This document shows, one piece after another, positions 56,719 through 64,000 of a DNA stretch of 64,000 bases; position 1 is the stretch's first letter, and every line of letters starts with the position of its first letter. The stretch lies in IMG/VR virus record IMGVR_UViG_3300044997_001199, positions 1 to 64,000 of that record; one strand, 5' to 3'. The notes below the pieces were generated by a model. It had not been told where the DNA came from, did no database searches, and saw only the letters and a list, made by a program, of their open reading frames with translations. Made by a program: the position numbers and the translations under genes.

Positions 56719-57792
56719 GTGACCGATCTTTATCATCAAATTTACAACAATGAAATCTTTCAGTTGAGTCGATGCATCTGGCAAGAAAACTCTATTTTGG
56801 ATTTTTTGCGCACTGTGTTGATCAGTCAGGGCTATGTCTCCATAGACTCCGGCAACAAAGTCTGGAAACGCAAACATCGCACTGTAGCTATTTGTCTGGT
56901 CGATGATTATACCACCTGTGCTCAGTACCCCGGGGAAACAGTGTCCCGCATGTTTGATCGTGACACTGTAGTAGTCACGGACAATTATGTGCTGTGCCCC
57001 ACTAGATATTCGGTACTGACCTTGCCCAAGAGCTTTGTTGGAATCTATGCTCACAGTGCTCCGTTGAGATCATGGAATCCACAGAGAAGATTTACCTTTG
57101 CAGTCAATCGAATTGACATCAAGCGTATGTTATTGCTGTTGGAAATTGTCCGCAGTTCTTATACGCTTTATGCAGATCCGACCAATCTTGATTTTATCAA
57201 TTTCAATTGCTGGGCCTGGGAAGGAGACAATTCCACCCAGTCGGGATTGCAACAGAATTTCCAAAACATATGGAATCAACTAGAACCGCACCATGTGAAA
57301 CTCTATGAAGAATACCATGGCAAATTGATCGATTGCATGCCGTTGCGCAATCATGACATGACCTTAGAGGAAAGCTATCATGCCAGTGGTATGAATGTGG
57401 TCATTGAAACTTACAGCGGAGAGTCAGTGATCGCACTGAGCGAAAAAACGTTTGCGGCACTGTGCAGTGCTGCACCATGGGCTCTGTATGCAGGCCGATA
57501 CGCAGTGAGTTATCTTGCCAGTCTGGGATTTGATACTCTGGTCGATCTGTTCGCCCATCAGTATGACGGATTGGTTGAAAATGGAACCTTTTCGGAAGGC
57601 GACAGGATAATCGAATTTGTTTGTGAGTCTCGTCTGCAGGCACACAATATACAATCAGCAAATCGCGATCGAACCAGTTGGCGATTACAACAGGCTGCGG
57701 AGCACAATCGTCGACGATTGTACGAGTTCAGAACCCAATGGGCACAAGATTTTGCCCAATGGTTGCCTCAGTTTGTCGCTGCGATCGGCTAG
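56719..57792 (+). CDS. Glycosyltransferase-like protein (GT10-like C-terminal motif)
   Basis: NVVIETY...LSEKTF...PW....G...LGFD; TAAGTA at 56708. Confidence 0.5.
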   Translation: MTDLYHQIYNNEIFQLSRCIWQENSILDFLRTVLISQGYVSIDSGNKVWKRKHRTVAICLVDDYTTCAQYPGETVSRMFDRDTVVVTDNYVLCPTRYSVLTLPKSFVGIYAHSAPLRSWNPQRRFTFAVNRIDIKRMLLLLEIVRSSYTLYADPTNLDFINFNCWAWEGDNSTQSGLQQNFQNIWNQLEPHHVKLYEEYHGKLIDCMPLRNHDMTLEESYHASGMNVVIETYSGESVIALSEKTFAALCSAAPWALYAGRYAVSYLASLGFDTLVDLFAHQYDGLVENGTFSEGDRIIEFVCESRLQAHNIQSANRDRTSWRLQQAAEHNRRRLYEFRTQWAQDFAQWLPQFVAAIG

Positions 57793-57795
57793 TGC

Positions 57796-58446
57796 ATGGA
57801 CACGATTCAACAGTTGTTGGGCAGCAACTATTGCATGTTTTATCACCCTGGCTATCCTGTAGCACAACTGTCACCGGTACAAACTCTAGACCGGGTGATA
57901 GTCACGGTAAATTATTGTTTGCAGACACAGGGACGCGATCTTTCCGTGTGGCATCATGGTGCACAGGACGAGATAGCTCGCTTGCTCTGGGTGAACTGGT
58001 TTTATCAACAGTTGGCCCAGGAGCCCATACGAAAACCCATTCTAGTGCACGAAGATCACAGCAAATTGATCGTGGACTGCGGCGATACTAGACTCATGGC
58101 AGTGAGTCTGCGCGATGCCAATGCTGCAGTGCCGGTTATGATCACTACGCGGTTGGATCAGACTGACCGGTACACTGACTGGATACAAATCTACTGCGCA
58201 GCAGATCTCATTTCTCTGCTGGACTTTGATCAGGAAAACTGTCAGATTTTTTATACACCAACTCAGTACGGGTCATCTCATGCAGTGTCGTGGCTGGAAA
58301 TCAGCGATCCCAGCACTGTGCATCATCTACACGACGTCGGTATGAGACTGAACATGATGCAAAATTATCTTGGCCAGCAATCAGTGGATTTTGTGTTTGG
58401 TTGGAAGTGGTGCGTGAGTCGCATTGAGTGGAGTCGGTATCAATGA
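57796..58446 (+). CDS. Hypothetical protein
   Basis: 216-aa ORF in operon; IRKPILV...CGDTRL resembles ParB-like motifs. Confidence 0.65.
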   Translation: MDTIQQLLGSNYCMFYHPGYPVAQLSPVQTLDRVIVTVNYCLQTQGRDLSVWHHGAQDEIARLLWVNWFYQQLAQEPIRKPILVHEDHSKLIVDCGDTRLMAVSLRDANAAVPVMITTRLDQTDRYTDWIQIYCAADLISLLDFDQENCQIFYTPTQYGSSHAVSWLEISDPSTVHHLHDVGMRLNMMQNYLGQQSVDFVFGWKWCVSRIEWSRYQ

Positions 58447-59414
58447 TTGACTATTCTGTGTTTTTTAATCGTGTGTTGACCAAGGCTGGGTTTGATCTCG
58501 TGGCCGAATACAATTGTTATAATGTTGGATACGACACAGATCAGGGCTGGCCAATGAAATTGCCCGATGTGGATTTTGGCTCAAATACCTTGTTGCTGTT
58601 GCATTTTCAGGATTTTGTTACACGAACTGATCGCGGTGTATTGGAACTGCTGCGTGTGGAACAGCACTATGGTGACCGGGCCGCACAAGTTCTGGTAACC
58701 TATTGGCCACACAGACTTCAACATTACTACACAGGGCCTGTGAATCTCATTGAGTTCAACAGTCACGAATATGCCATCATACAGAATTTAAAACAGTGCC
58801 AAACAGCATGGTATCCAAGGTTACAAGCGTCGCGGCCAGTGGCCTGGCAGTCGTTGAACGGTCGAAAATGTCCGCATCGTCAACGCGTCTGCAGGGTGTT
58901 GTCAACCTGGCCCAACGGAGTGCTGAGTCTCGGAGATTGTGTGTCCCTAGACCAATGGCCATATTCCACCTATCGAGGTGGCACTACCAACGAAGACAAC
59001 TACCTGCGCCTGATAGAAACATATGGCAGTTGTGCCGTGAATATCGTGACCGAAACACAGTATGATCGGGCACCGGGCATCATAACTGAAAAGACTATAT
59101 TTGCCATGCTGTCAGAACAGATTCCTGTGATAGTTGGTTATCCAGGCGTCGTGGCAGATTGCCAGGATCTAGGATTCGACATGTTCACTGATGTGGTCGA
59201 CACTGCCTATGATTATGCACCCAATGACACACGTGTGGAGCTTGCCTTGGAACTCAATCGCAATCTCATATTAGGCCTAAAGGACCTCGATGCTTACCGA
59301 CTACGGCTCAGGTGCCAGCGTGAATTTTTGCTTGACTACTATCCAAACCTGCTTGAATACAGATTCACCATCGCCGTGGAGTCATTGGCCAGATCGTGGC
59401 CCGGTATTAGATAG
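58443..59414 (+). CDS. Glycosyltransferase-like protein (GT10-like C-terminal motif), paralogue of 56719
   Basis: SLNGR...HR, NIVTETQY...ITEKT...PVIVG...LGFDMF. Confidence 0.5.
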   Translation: MIDYSVFFNRVLTKAGFDLVAEYNCYNVGYDTDQGWPMKLPDVDFGSNTLLLLHFQDFVTRTDRGVLELLRVEQHYGDRAAQVLVTYWPHRLQHYYTGPVNLIEFNSHEYAIIQNLKQCQTAWYPRLQASRPVAWQSLNGRKCPHRQRVCRVLSTWPNGVLSLGDCVSLDQWPYSTYRGGTTNEDNYLRLIETYGSCAVNIVTETQYDRAPGIITEKTIFAMLSEQIPVIVGYPGVVADCQDLGFDMFTDVVDTAYDYAPNDTRVELALELNRNLILGLKDLDAYRLRLRCQREFLLDYYPNLLEYRFTIAVESLARSWPGIR

Positions 59415-59753
59415 GAATTTTTCTAGATCCCCGTACAGTGTAAGCATCATGGCCTCTCGACTGCCAAACAGAGATAACTGGACCGGCCTTTTTGTTTGCA
59501 AATAGTATGCACAGGTCATGCGTCGATCCAGATCAAGCAAAACCTTGGGTTTTCGTGCCAGGCCAGCATCTAGATCAAAACTGTAAAACTCAACATTGAT
59601 TTCCAACAGGTACCTATGGGCAAATGCGGTCAGTCTGAGGCCATCGCTGCTGCGCTGATCATACCACCAGGCCTCCTCGACTTCGGCACAGGTCAGATCT
59701 TGTTGTTGGGCAACATCTTGTATGATTTTTTTGAATGCGGACCGGTTGGTCAC
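59382..59753 (-). CDS. Hypothetical protein
   Basis: 123-aa ORF, overlap with upstream stop. Confidence 0.7.
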   Translation of the reverse strand: MTNRSAFKKIIQDVAQQQDLTCAEVEEAWWYDQRSSDGLRLTAFAHRYLLEINVEFYSFDLDAGLARKPKVLLDLDRRMTCAYYLQTKRPVQLSLFGSREAMMLTLYGDLEKFLSNTGPRSGQ

Positions 59754-60040
59754 GGGGCGGTCACAGTGGTACCTTGATTGAGTAGTACCACGGTAAACTG
59801 ATCGGTTTTGAACCGTGCATTGAGCTTGCGAGCAAGATTGTGTGCATGCCCAGGATTGCTGAACGAAACTTTTTTGTATTTGGGACCAGGATACTGTGTG
59901 AGCATGTTTCCGATCTTGAGATTGATGGGCTGACCTTGATAAAAAACCGCCCAGATTCCTTCACTGGCCAGCACCTGCTCGGTGCGATAGGTCTGACGAT
60001 CGGTCTGTTCGATTAAAACTCGTGGCTTGGGTCTGCTCAT
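59750..60040 (-). CDS. Hypothetical protein
   Basis: 96-aa basic ORF; TAAATA on minus strand at 60058-60063. Confidence 0.75.
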   Translation of the reverse strand: MSRPKPRVLIEQTDRQTYRTEQVLASEGIWAVFYQGQPINLKIGNMLTQYPGPKYKKVSFSNPGHAHNLARKLNARFKTDQFTVVLLNQGTTVTAP

Positions 60041-60070
60041 TCGGAATCTCCGAACATTATTTATGGCAAC

Positions 60071-60283
60071 CTACGAGTCTTGGAACGAGCCCCCTTGTAT
60101 TTCTATGATCATGGGTTCCGCGGCCGCAGTGTTTTGGTCGCGCAGTTGTTCCAGGGTCAACAGCAGTTTTGTAATATCACTGTGCAGATCCTTGGCATCT
60201 CGCAGTGAAATCTGTAGATCACGCTGTCCGCGAGCTTCGGCGGATTTGATACTGTCAATGAATCGATTGATGTGTAAACTCAT
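60071..60283 (-). CDS. Hypothetical coiled-coil protein
   Basis: MSLHINRFIDSIK...IEIQGGSF. Confidence 0.65.
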   Translation of the reverse strand: MSLHINRFIDSIKSAEARGQRDLQISLRDAKDLHSDITKLLLTLEQLRDQNTAAAEPMIIEIQGGSFQDS

Positions 60284-60291
60284 TGATTGGC

Positions 60292-60416
60292 CTATAGAAA
60301 AGGATCTAACATCGGGGGTTGCCAGCGCGGGGGCAATTGAATTGTTCCTCATTGAATCCTACAGTATACTGCCCGGATGCAGTCATAAATTGTGCTTGAT
60401 CACTGAATGGATTCAC
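60292..60416 (-). pseudogene. Internally deleted MazG-like/PRA-PH pyrophosphohydrolase
   Basis: N-terminus NPFSDQAQFMTASGQYTVGFNEEQF joined out of frame to C-terminus WQPPMLDPFL*; acidic catalytic core missing. Confidence 0.6.
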
Positions 60417-60846
60417 GTGCTTGCTCTCGGTCATGGTATGGTCCCCGGAACGGATATCGTTCCAACACAATGAGTTTGGGATTGCGCTCAATGCGCCAGG
60501 TACGATTTTGTTGTATGGCATACCACCCAGCGGCAACCCAACTTTTGCTTTTCGTGGTCTTGGTAAACAGTGGCAGTCGATGGCGCACACTCCACATGGC
60601 ATTGTGAGCACGGCAACCCGCATCGTATCCATGTACCAGGGTGGGTTTTTGTGGTGTAAATCGTTGCGGAGGAATGAATTCAATTTCAGTATCGCAACGT
60701 ATCATGGGCATGGTCTTGAAACGACTGACTCGATCTCGTAGTTTGACCACATAACCTTCACCGTCGGCCTCCACTTGACCGATCTTGCGGCCGTCTTCCT
60801 TGAGAATCCAAAAACGATTGGCTATCACTGGTTTGGCTTCAATCAT
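60400..60846 (-). CDS. Hypothetical protein
   Basis: 148-aa ORF, ATGA overlap with exonuclease stop. Confidence 0.75.
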   Translation of the reverse strand: MIEAKPVIANRFWILKEDGRKIGQVEADGEGYVVKLRDRVSRFKTMPMIRCDTEIEFIPPQRFTPQKPTLVHGYDAGCRAHNAMWSVRHRLPLFTKTTKSKSWVAAGWYAIQQNRTWRIERNPKLIVLERYPFRGPYHDREQARESIQ

Positions 60847-61856
60847 GCAACAATCTCCTCTATCAGTGTACCGCTATAGGATTGGTTGAGCCAGCGACCA
60901 AACTGTTCGGCGCTGTCACTGCAACGTGTGAGTTCGTAACGACCGCAGAATTTCAGGAAGTGGCTGCCGACCTGGCCGCAGTCTTGTCTGCTGATCTGCT
61001 CGCGTATGGCACTGTCCACTGCTTGTTTGATGTCCTGAGGCTGTGCAGTGAGATCAATCAGCACACGGTTGCGTTCATAGTCATCCAGCACACGATGTTC
61101 GTTGCCATCGTGGTCAGTCCATCGCTGCAGCATGAGATTGTTCCAGGCATAGCCTCGCTTGTTTTTGTCAGCAAAGGCTTCGCGCAGACCAATTCGATTG
61201 CGGGTACTGTGTTCACGCACACCGGGATATGCGCTGAACACATTGTCACTGACATCACCGCGCATGCATTTTTCGAACAACAACCAGGCAGGATCGGGCG
61301 TGGTCTTGGGCATATTGGTTTTTTTGTCTAGCACTGGCTCCAAGCGTTCATTGAATATACCCTCTATGGTCAGCAGTTCGTCGGTGATACCATTGAACTG
61401 AGTGACATTGGGTGCCAACAGTTGCACAAAGTCGGTGTCGCTGCTGACAATCACATGACTGTCAGCAGGATGCAGCGCGATCCAACGAGCAATGATATCA
61501 TCTGCTTCGGCAGTAGGATGACGTATTACCGAACAGTTGGTTCGTGTGCGCAGATATTCTGTAAATACAACGTACATTTCCCAAAACAAACGATCTTCCT
61601 CGGCTTCGATTTCGGTCAGTGCAGCACGAGCTGCTGCTCGATCCTTTTTGTACGGAGCATAGAAATCCTTGCGCCACGAGCGACCTTCCAGAGCAAAGAT
61701 CACATGGTCGGGCTGAAAACGCCGAGCCACCTTGTTGATAGCCATGAGTGTGACATGCAGTGCAAATCCGAGTTTGGTCCAGGGATCCGATGCTCGGTGA
61801 GCACTGTGTCGTGCCCGGAAAAACATGTTTGCAGTGTCAATTGATAGATATTGCAT
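60843..61856 (-). CDS. rnh: 5'-3' exonuclease / T4 RNase H-like flap nuclease
   Basis: IDTANMF, WRKDFY..YK..R, EADDIIA, VSSDTDFVQL, GDVSDNV. Confidence 0.9.
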   Translation of the reverse strand: MQYLSIDTANMFFRARHSAHRASDPWTKLGFALHVTLMAINKVARRFQPDHVIFALEGRSWRKDFYAPYKKDRAAARAALTEIEAEEDRLFWEMYVVFTEYLRTRTNCSVIRHPTAEADDIIARWIALHPADSHVIVSSDTDFVQLLAPNVTQFNGITDELLTIEGIFNERLEPVLDKKTNMPKTTPDPAWLLFEKCMRGDVSDNVFSAYPGVREHSTRNRIGLREAFADKNKRGYAWNNLMLQRWTDHDGNEHRVLDDYERNRVLIDLTAQPQDIKQAVDSAIREQISRQDCGQVGSHFLKFCGRYELTRCSDSAEQFGRWLNQSYSGTLIEEIVA

Positions 61857-62568
61857 CGGCGGTATCCAGTAGTTTGTTATCTTTGATATATTGTAATAGA
61901 AACTCTGCCCAAAAGCAATGGGCCGCGGGTCCAAAATGCCAACTGTTTGGATTCACCGTTGAGAATCCGGCATGACGTAAAATATAATCATAGGTGCCCC
62001 GGTCATTGTAAGGGCTGATATAAAATAGCCCCCAATCATGACGATCTGCGATCGAAGCAAAATGACTGTTGCCATTGAAAAACACATGTGGAATCGATTG
62101 CTGTGTTAGTTCCTGATGAAACTGCCAGATCTCTTGGTGCGCTCGTTGAGTGCATTGTTCCCAATCCACCTCGGCCACAAATTTTTTGTACCTTTGTTGA
62201 TGGTCAGACGGAACATGGTCGATACCTGATGCATTGACTTGCCACCATTGGTCGTTGATCCACCATTCCTGGCGTTCCCACGTGCTCCATTGTATGACCA
62301 TGAACGTGCGATCCAGCAGGTCAGGGTTGTTGACGATCCAGTCACGAGTGGTACGCATGGTTCTGTAATTGCTGCCGGCGCTTTCGGCATCACAGTGCAG
62401 AACGGCGCCCAACCAATTGGCCAGTTTGCATCCGTAACTGGCCCTGAGATTGTCAGGATGAGGCTGACGGCCCAGCTCCCAGTGTATACCGTCATCCTCT
62501 GCAAACACATGCGGAGTCACTGATTCGGCCGCGGCCGAATGGCTGTCACCGTTGACATAGAGATGCAT
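61837..62568 (-). CDS. SGNH-hydrolase-like hypothetical protein
   Basis: VNGDSH, GSNYRTMRTT, QWSTWER, WHFGPAAH. Confidence 0.6.
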   Translation of the reverse strand: MHLYVNGDSHSAAAESVTPHVFAEDDGIHWELGRQPHPDNLRASYGCKLANWLGAVLHCDAESAGSNYRTMRTTRDWIVNNPDLLDRTFMVIQWSTWERQEWWINDQWWQVNASGIDHVPSDHQQRYKKFVAEVDWEQCTQRAHQEIWQFHQELTQQSIPHVFFNGNSHFASIADRHDWGLFYISPYNDRGTYDYILRHAGFSTVNPNSWHFGPAAHCFWAEFLLQYIKDNKLLDTADAISIN

Positions 62569-62574
62569 GGTCTC

Positions 62575-63033
62575 TTACTTTTTTTCGGCCGCAGCCACAC
62601 GCTTTCTCAGGCTGCTGGAACTAAAGCTATGATCTCTAGTATTAAATATCAATTCAATACCACGTTGTATGCATATGTTACGCCCGGTAAATTCACGATC
62701 CTGGTATTCTACTCCCAGGATACGCACATCAATGGGCAGAGTCAACAAGATGTCTTCGAGATCTTTTTCGGTCTGGTAGACCACGATTTCGTCCACATAG
62801 CGAGTGGCACTGAGCTGTATCTGGCGTTCCACTATGCTCTGCACCGGCGGATTCTTGGAATCGGGACGATCAATGGTGGGATCGGTCTGCAGGCCTGCTA
62901 TGAGGTAGTCGCAGTGATTGCGAGCTTCGGCCAGCATGGCAATGTGTCCAGCATGCAGCAAATCAAAGGTGCTGAAAGTAATACCTATGGTATTGCCACG
63001 ATCTTTGAGATCCCGTACTCGATTGAAGATCAT
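62575..63033 (-). CDS. Cytidylyltransferase (TagD-like)
   Basis: FSTFDLLHAGH (HxGH), GLQTD, ERQIQL...YVDE, R.H.FSSS.LR. Confidence 0.9.
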   Translation of the reverse strand: MIFNRVRDLKDRGNTIGITFSTFDLLHAGHIAMLAEARNHCDYLIAGLQTDPTIDRPDSKNPPVQSIVERQIQLSATRYVDEIVVYQTEKDLEDILLTLPIDVRILGVEYQDREFTGRNICIQRGIELIFNTRDHSFSSSSLRKRVAAAEKK

Positions 63034-63422
63034 GATACCTCACTCCTGCCGTTGCCGATGTCCCGACTTTTGACATAGATACCTGAATTTTGCATGGCCT
63101 GATCCTGTTCCCAAGTCTCCATGACCACATGTCGACAGACATTTTGAAACCACTGATCTACCACATCCGAATCGGTTTTCCCTGCGTATCCAGCTCTCAA
63201 AAGATTGGCCACAAACTTTTCGTTCCAGTCCAGTTCAAACGCGCCCTGATGAGGATTGGCTGGATCAATGTCCAGTCTCAGTACCGCCACATAGGGCTCG
63301 CCTTGTTCCGTGGCCAATTCTCGGGCAGATTTTGCGGGTTTTTTTGTTTCGTCCCGAGGTTTTTCTTTGGTTTGCTGCGGTTCGCTGATTTTGTTGTTTC
63401 TCCAGAAATCAAATATTCCCAT
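63030..63422 (-). CDS. Hypothetical protein
   Basis: MGIFDFW...FELDWNEKF...VDQWF; TAATG overlap with queE stop. Confidence 0.7.
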   Translation of the reverse strand: MGIFDFWRNNKISEPQQTKEKPRDETKKPAKSARELATEQGEPYVAVLRLDIDPANPHQGAFELDWNEKFVANLLRAGYAGKTDSDVVDQWFQNVCRHVVMETWEQDQAMQNSGIYVKSRDIGNGRSEVS

Positions 63423-64000
63423 TATCGTCCCCACCCGTTGCCCCAGATATCTACATGCAGCCGAGGCGAATACCAATGACCTCTGCGCAGAGCCTCGTCG
63501 GCCACATTGATACGATTGTCATCGTACACAGACACCACACCTCCTACCGGCATCACACACACCGGACCTCTAAATCCTGCTGTCCGATATTCTTCCACGG
63601 CTCGATCCACTTCGTCAAAGTCTGCTGTGTGTGCTACCACAAACTTGAGATAGGTCATACCCACAGTTTCGTATTCCACTATGATCTGTGGCTTGATGGC
63701 ATCTTCCCAACGTTCGCCGCTCACTGTGAGTTTTGGGCTCACCGAAAAAGTGATTTCTCTGCGACCCCGACAGGTGGTATTTAGATATCGTCGGAAATCA
63801 TCATGCAACGATTGTGTGCCATTGGTTTCAAATGTGATCTGCTGTAGGTCCTGCATGCGATCATGTTCAAACAATTCCACATAGGCCCGCTGCCATCCCA
63901 GCAACGGTTCCCCGCCAGTGATCACTAGATGCACGGGATTGCCATTGGGTTGCAGCCAGCGATTATTTGGCACGAGCGCCAACATGCGGTCCACGATTTC
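63422..64000 (-). CDS. queE: 7-carboxy-7-deazaguanine synthase QueE-like radical SAM protein, 5' part outside window
   Basis: VITGGEPLL, FETNGT, FSVSPKL, LKFVV, MPVGG, YSPRLHVDIWGN. Confidence 0.85.
   Translation of the reverse strand, partial: EIVDRMLALVPNNRWLQPNGNPVHLVITGGEPLLGWQRAYVELFEHDRMQDLQQITFETNGTQSLHDDFRRYLNTTCRGRREITFSVSPKLTVSGERWEDAIKPQIIVEYETVGMTYLKFVVAHTADFDEVDRAVEEYRTAGFRGPVCVMPVGGVVSVYDDNRINVADEALRRGHWYSPRLHVDIWGNGWGR

Overview
Almost all of this window is one large T4-superfamily-like myophage genome segment. Morphogenesis genes: neck gp13/gp14, gp15, a 1089-aa tail sheath, tail tube, baseplate, gp4, small and large terminase, internal head proteins and several repeat-rich fibres. 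Replication/recombination genes: gp32, UvsX, UvsY, an RNase H-like exonuclease and a dNMP kinase. It also carries a glycan-modification set (Gmd, several glycosyltransferase-like genes, a cytidylyltransferase), radical-SAM genes, a partial QueE, and a translation island of two tRNA clusters, TilS, DksA/TraR and a circularly permuted two-piece tmRNA (tag ANDDVYAEDLRLAA). Late genes follow TAAATA and small early genes follow sigma70-type promoters. Three things stand out. (1) Bacterial-looking DNA is spliced in at two places: 1-1250 (formate dehydrogenase 3' end, a REP-like hairpin, a cytochrome c, plus a broken second copy of the tmRNA acceptor start) and about 48990-51455 (an intact type III Mod with a decapitated Res and a glycosyltransferase scrap). 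Both have microhomology and short tandem duplications at joints, and three foreign ends sit just upstream of a TAAATA. (2) An FG-GAP propeller/RTX fusion protein sits in an early operon. (3) There is widespread decay by internal deletion, including a tRNA reduced to an acceptor+T-arm minihelix. Without reads I cannot tell whether the foreign segments are real captures or assembly/amplification chimeras. Family assignments come from motif recognition only; no searches were run, and hand-counted coordinates may be off by a few bases.
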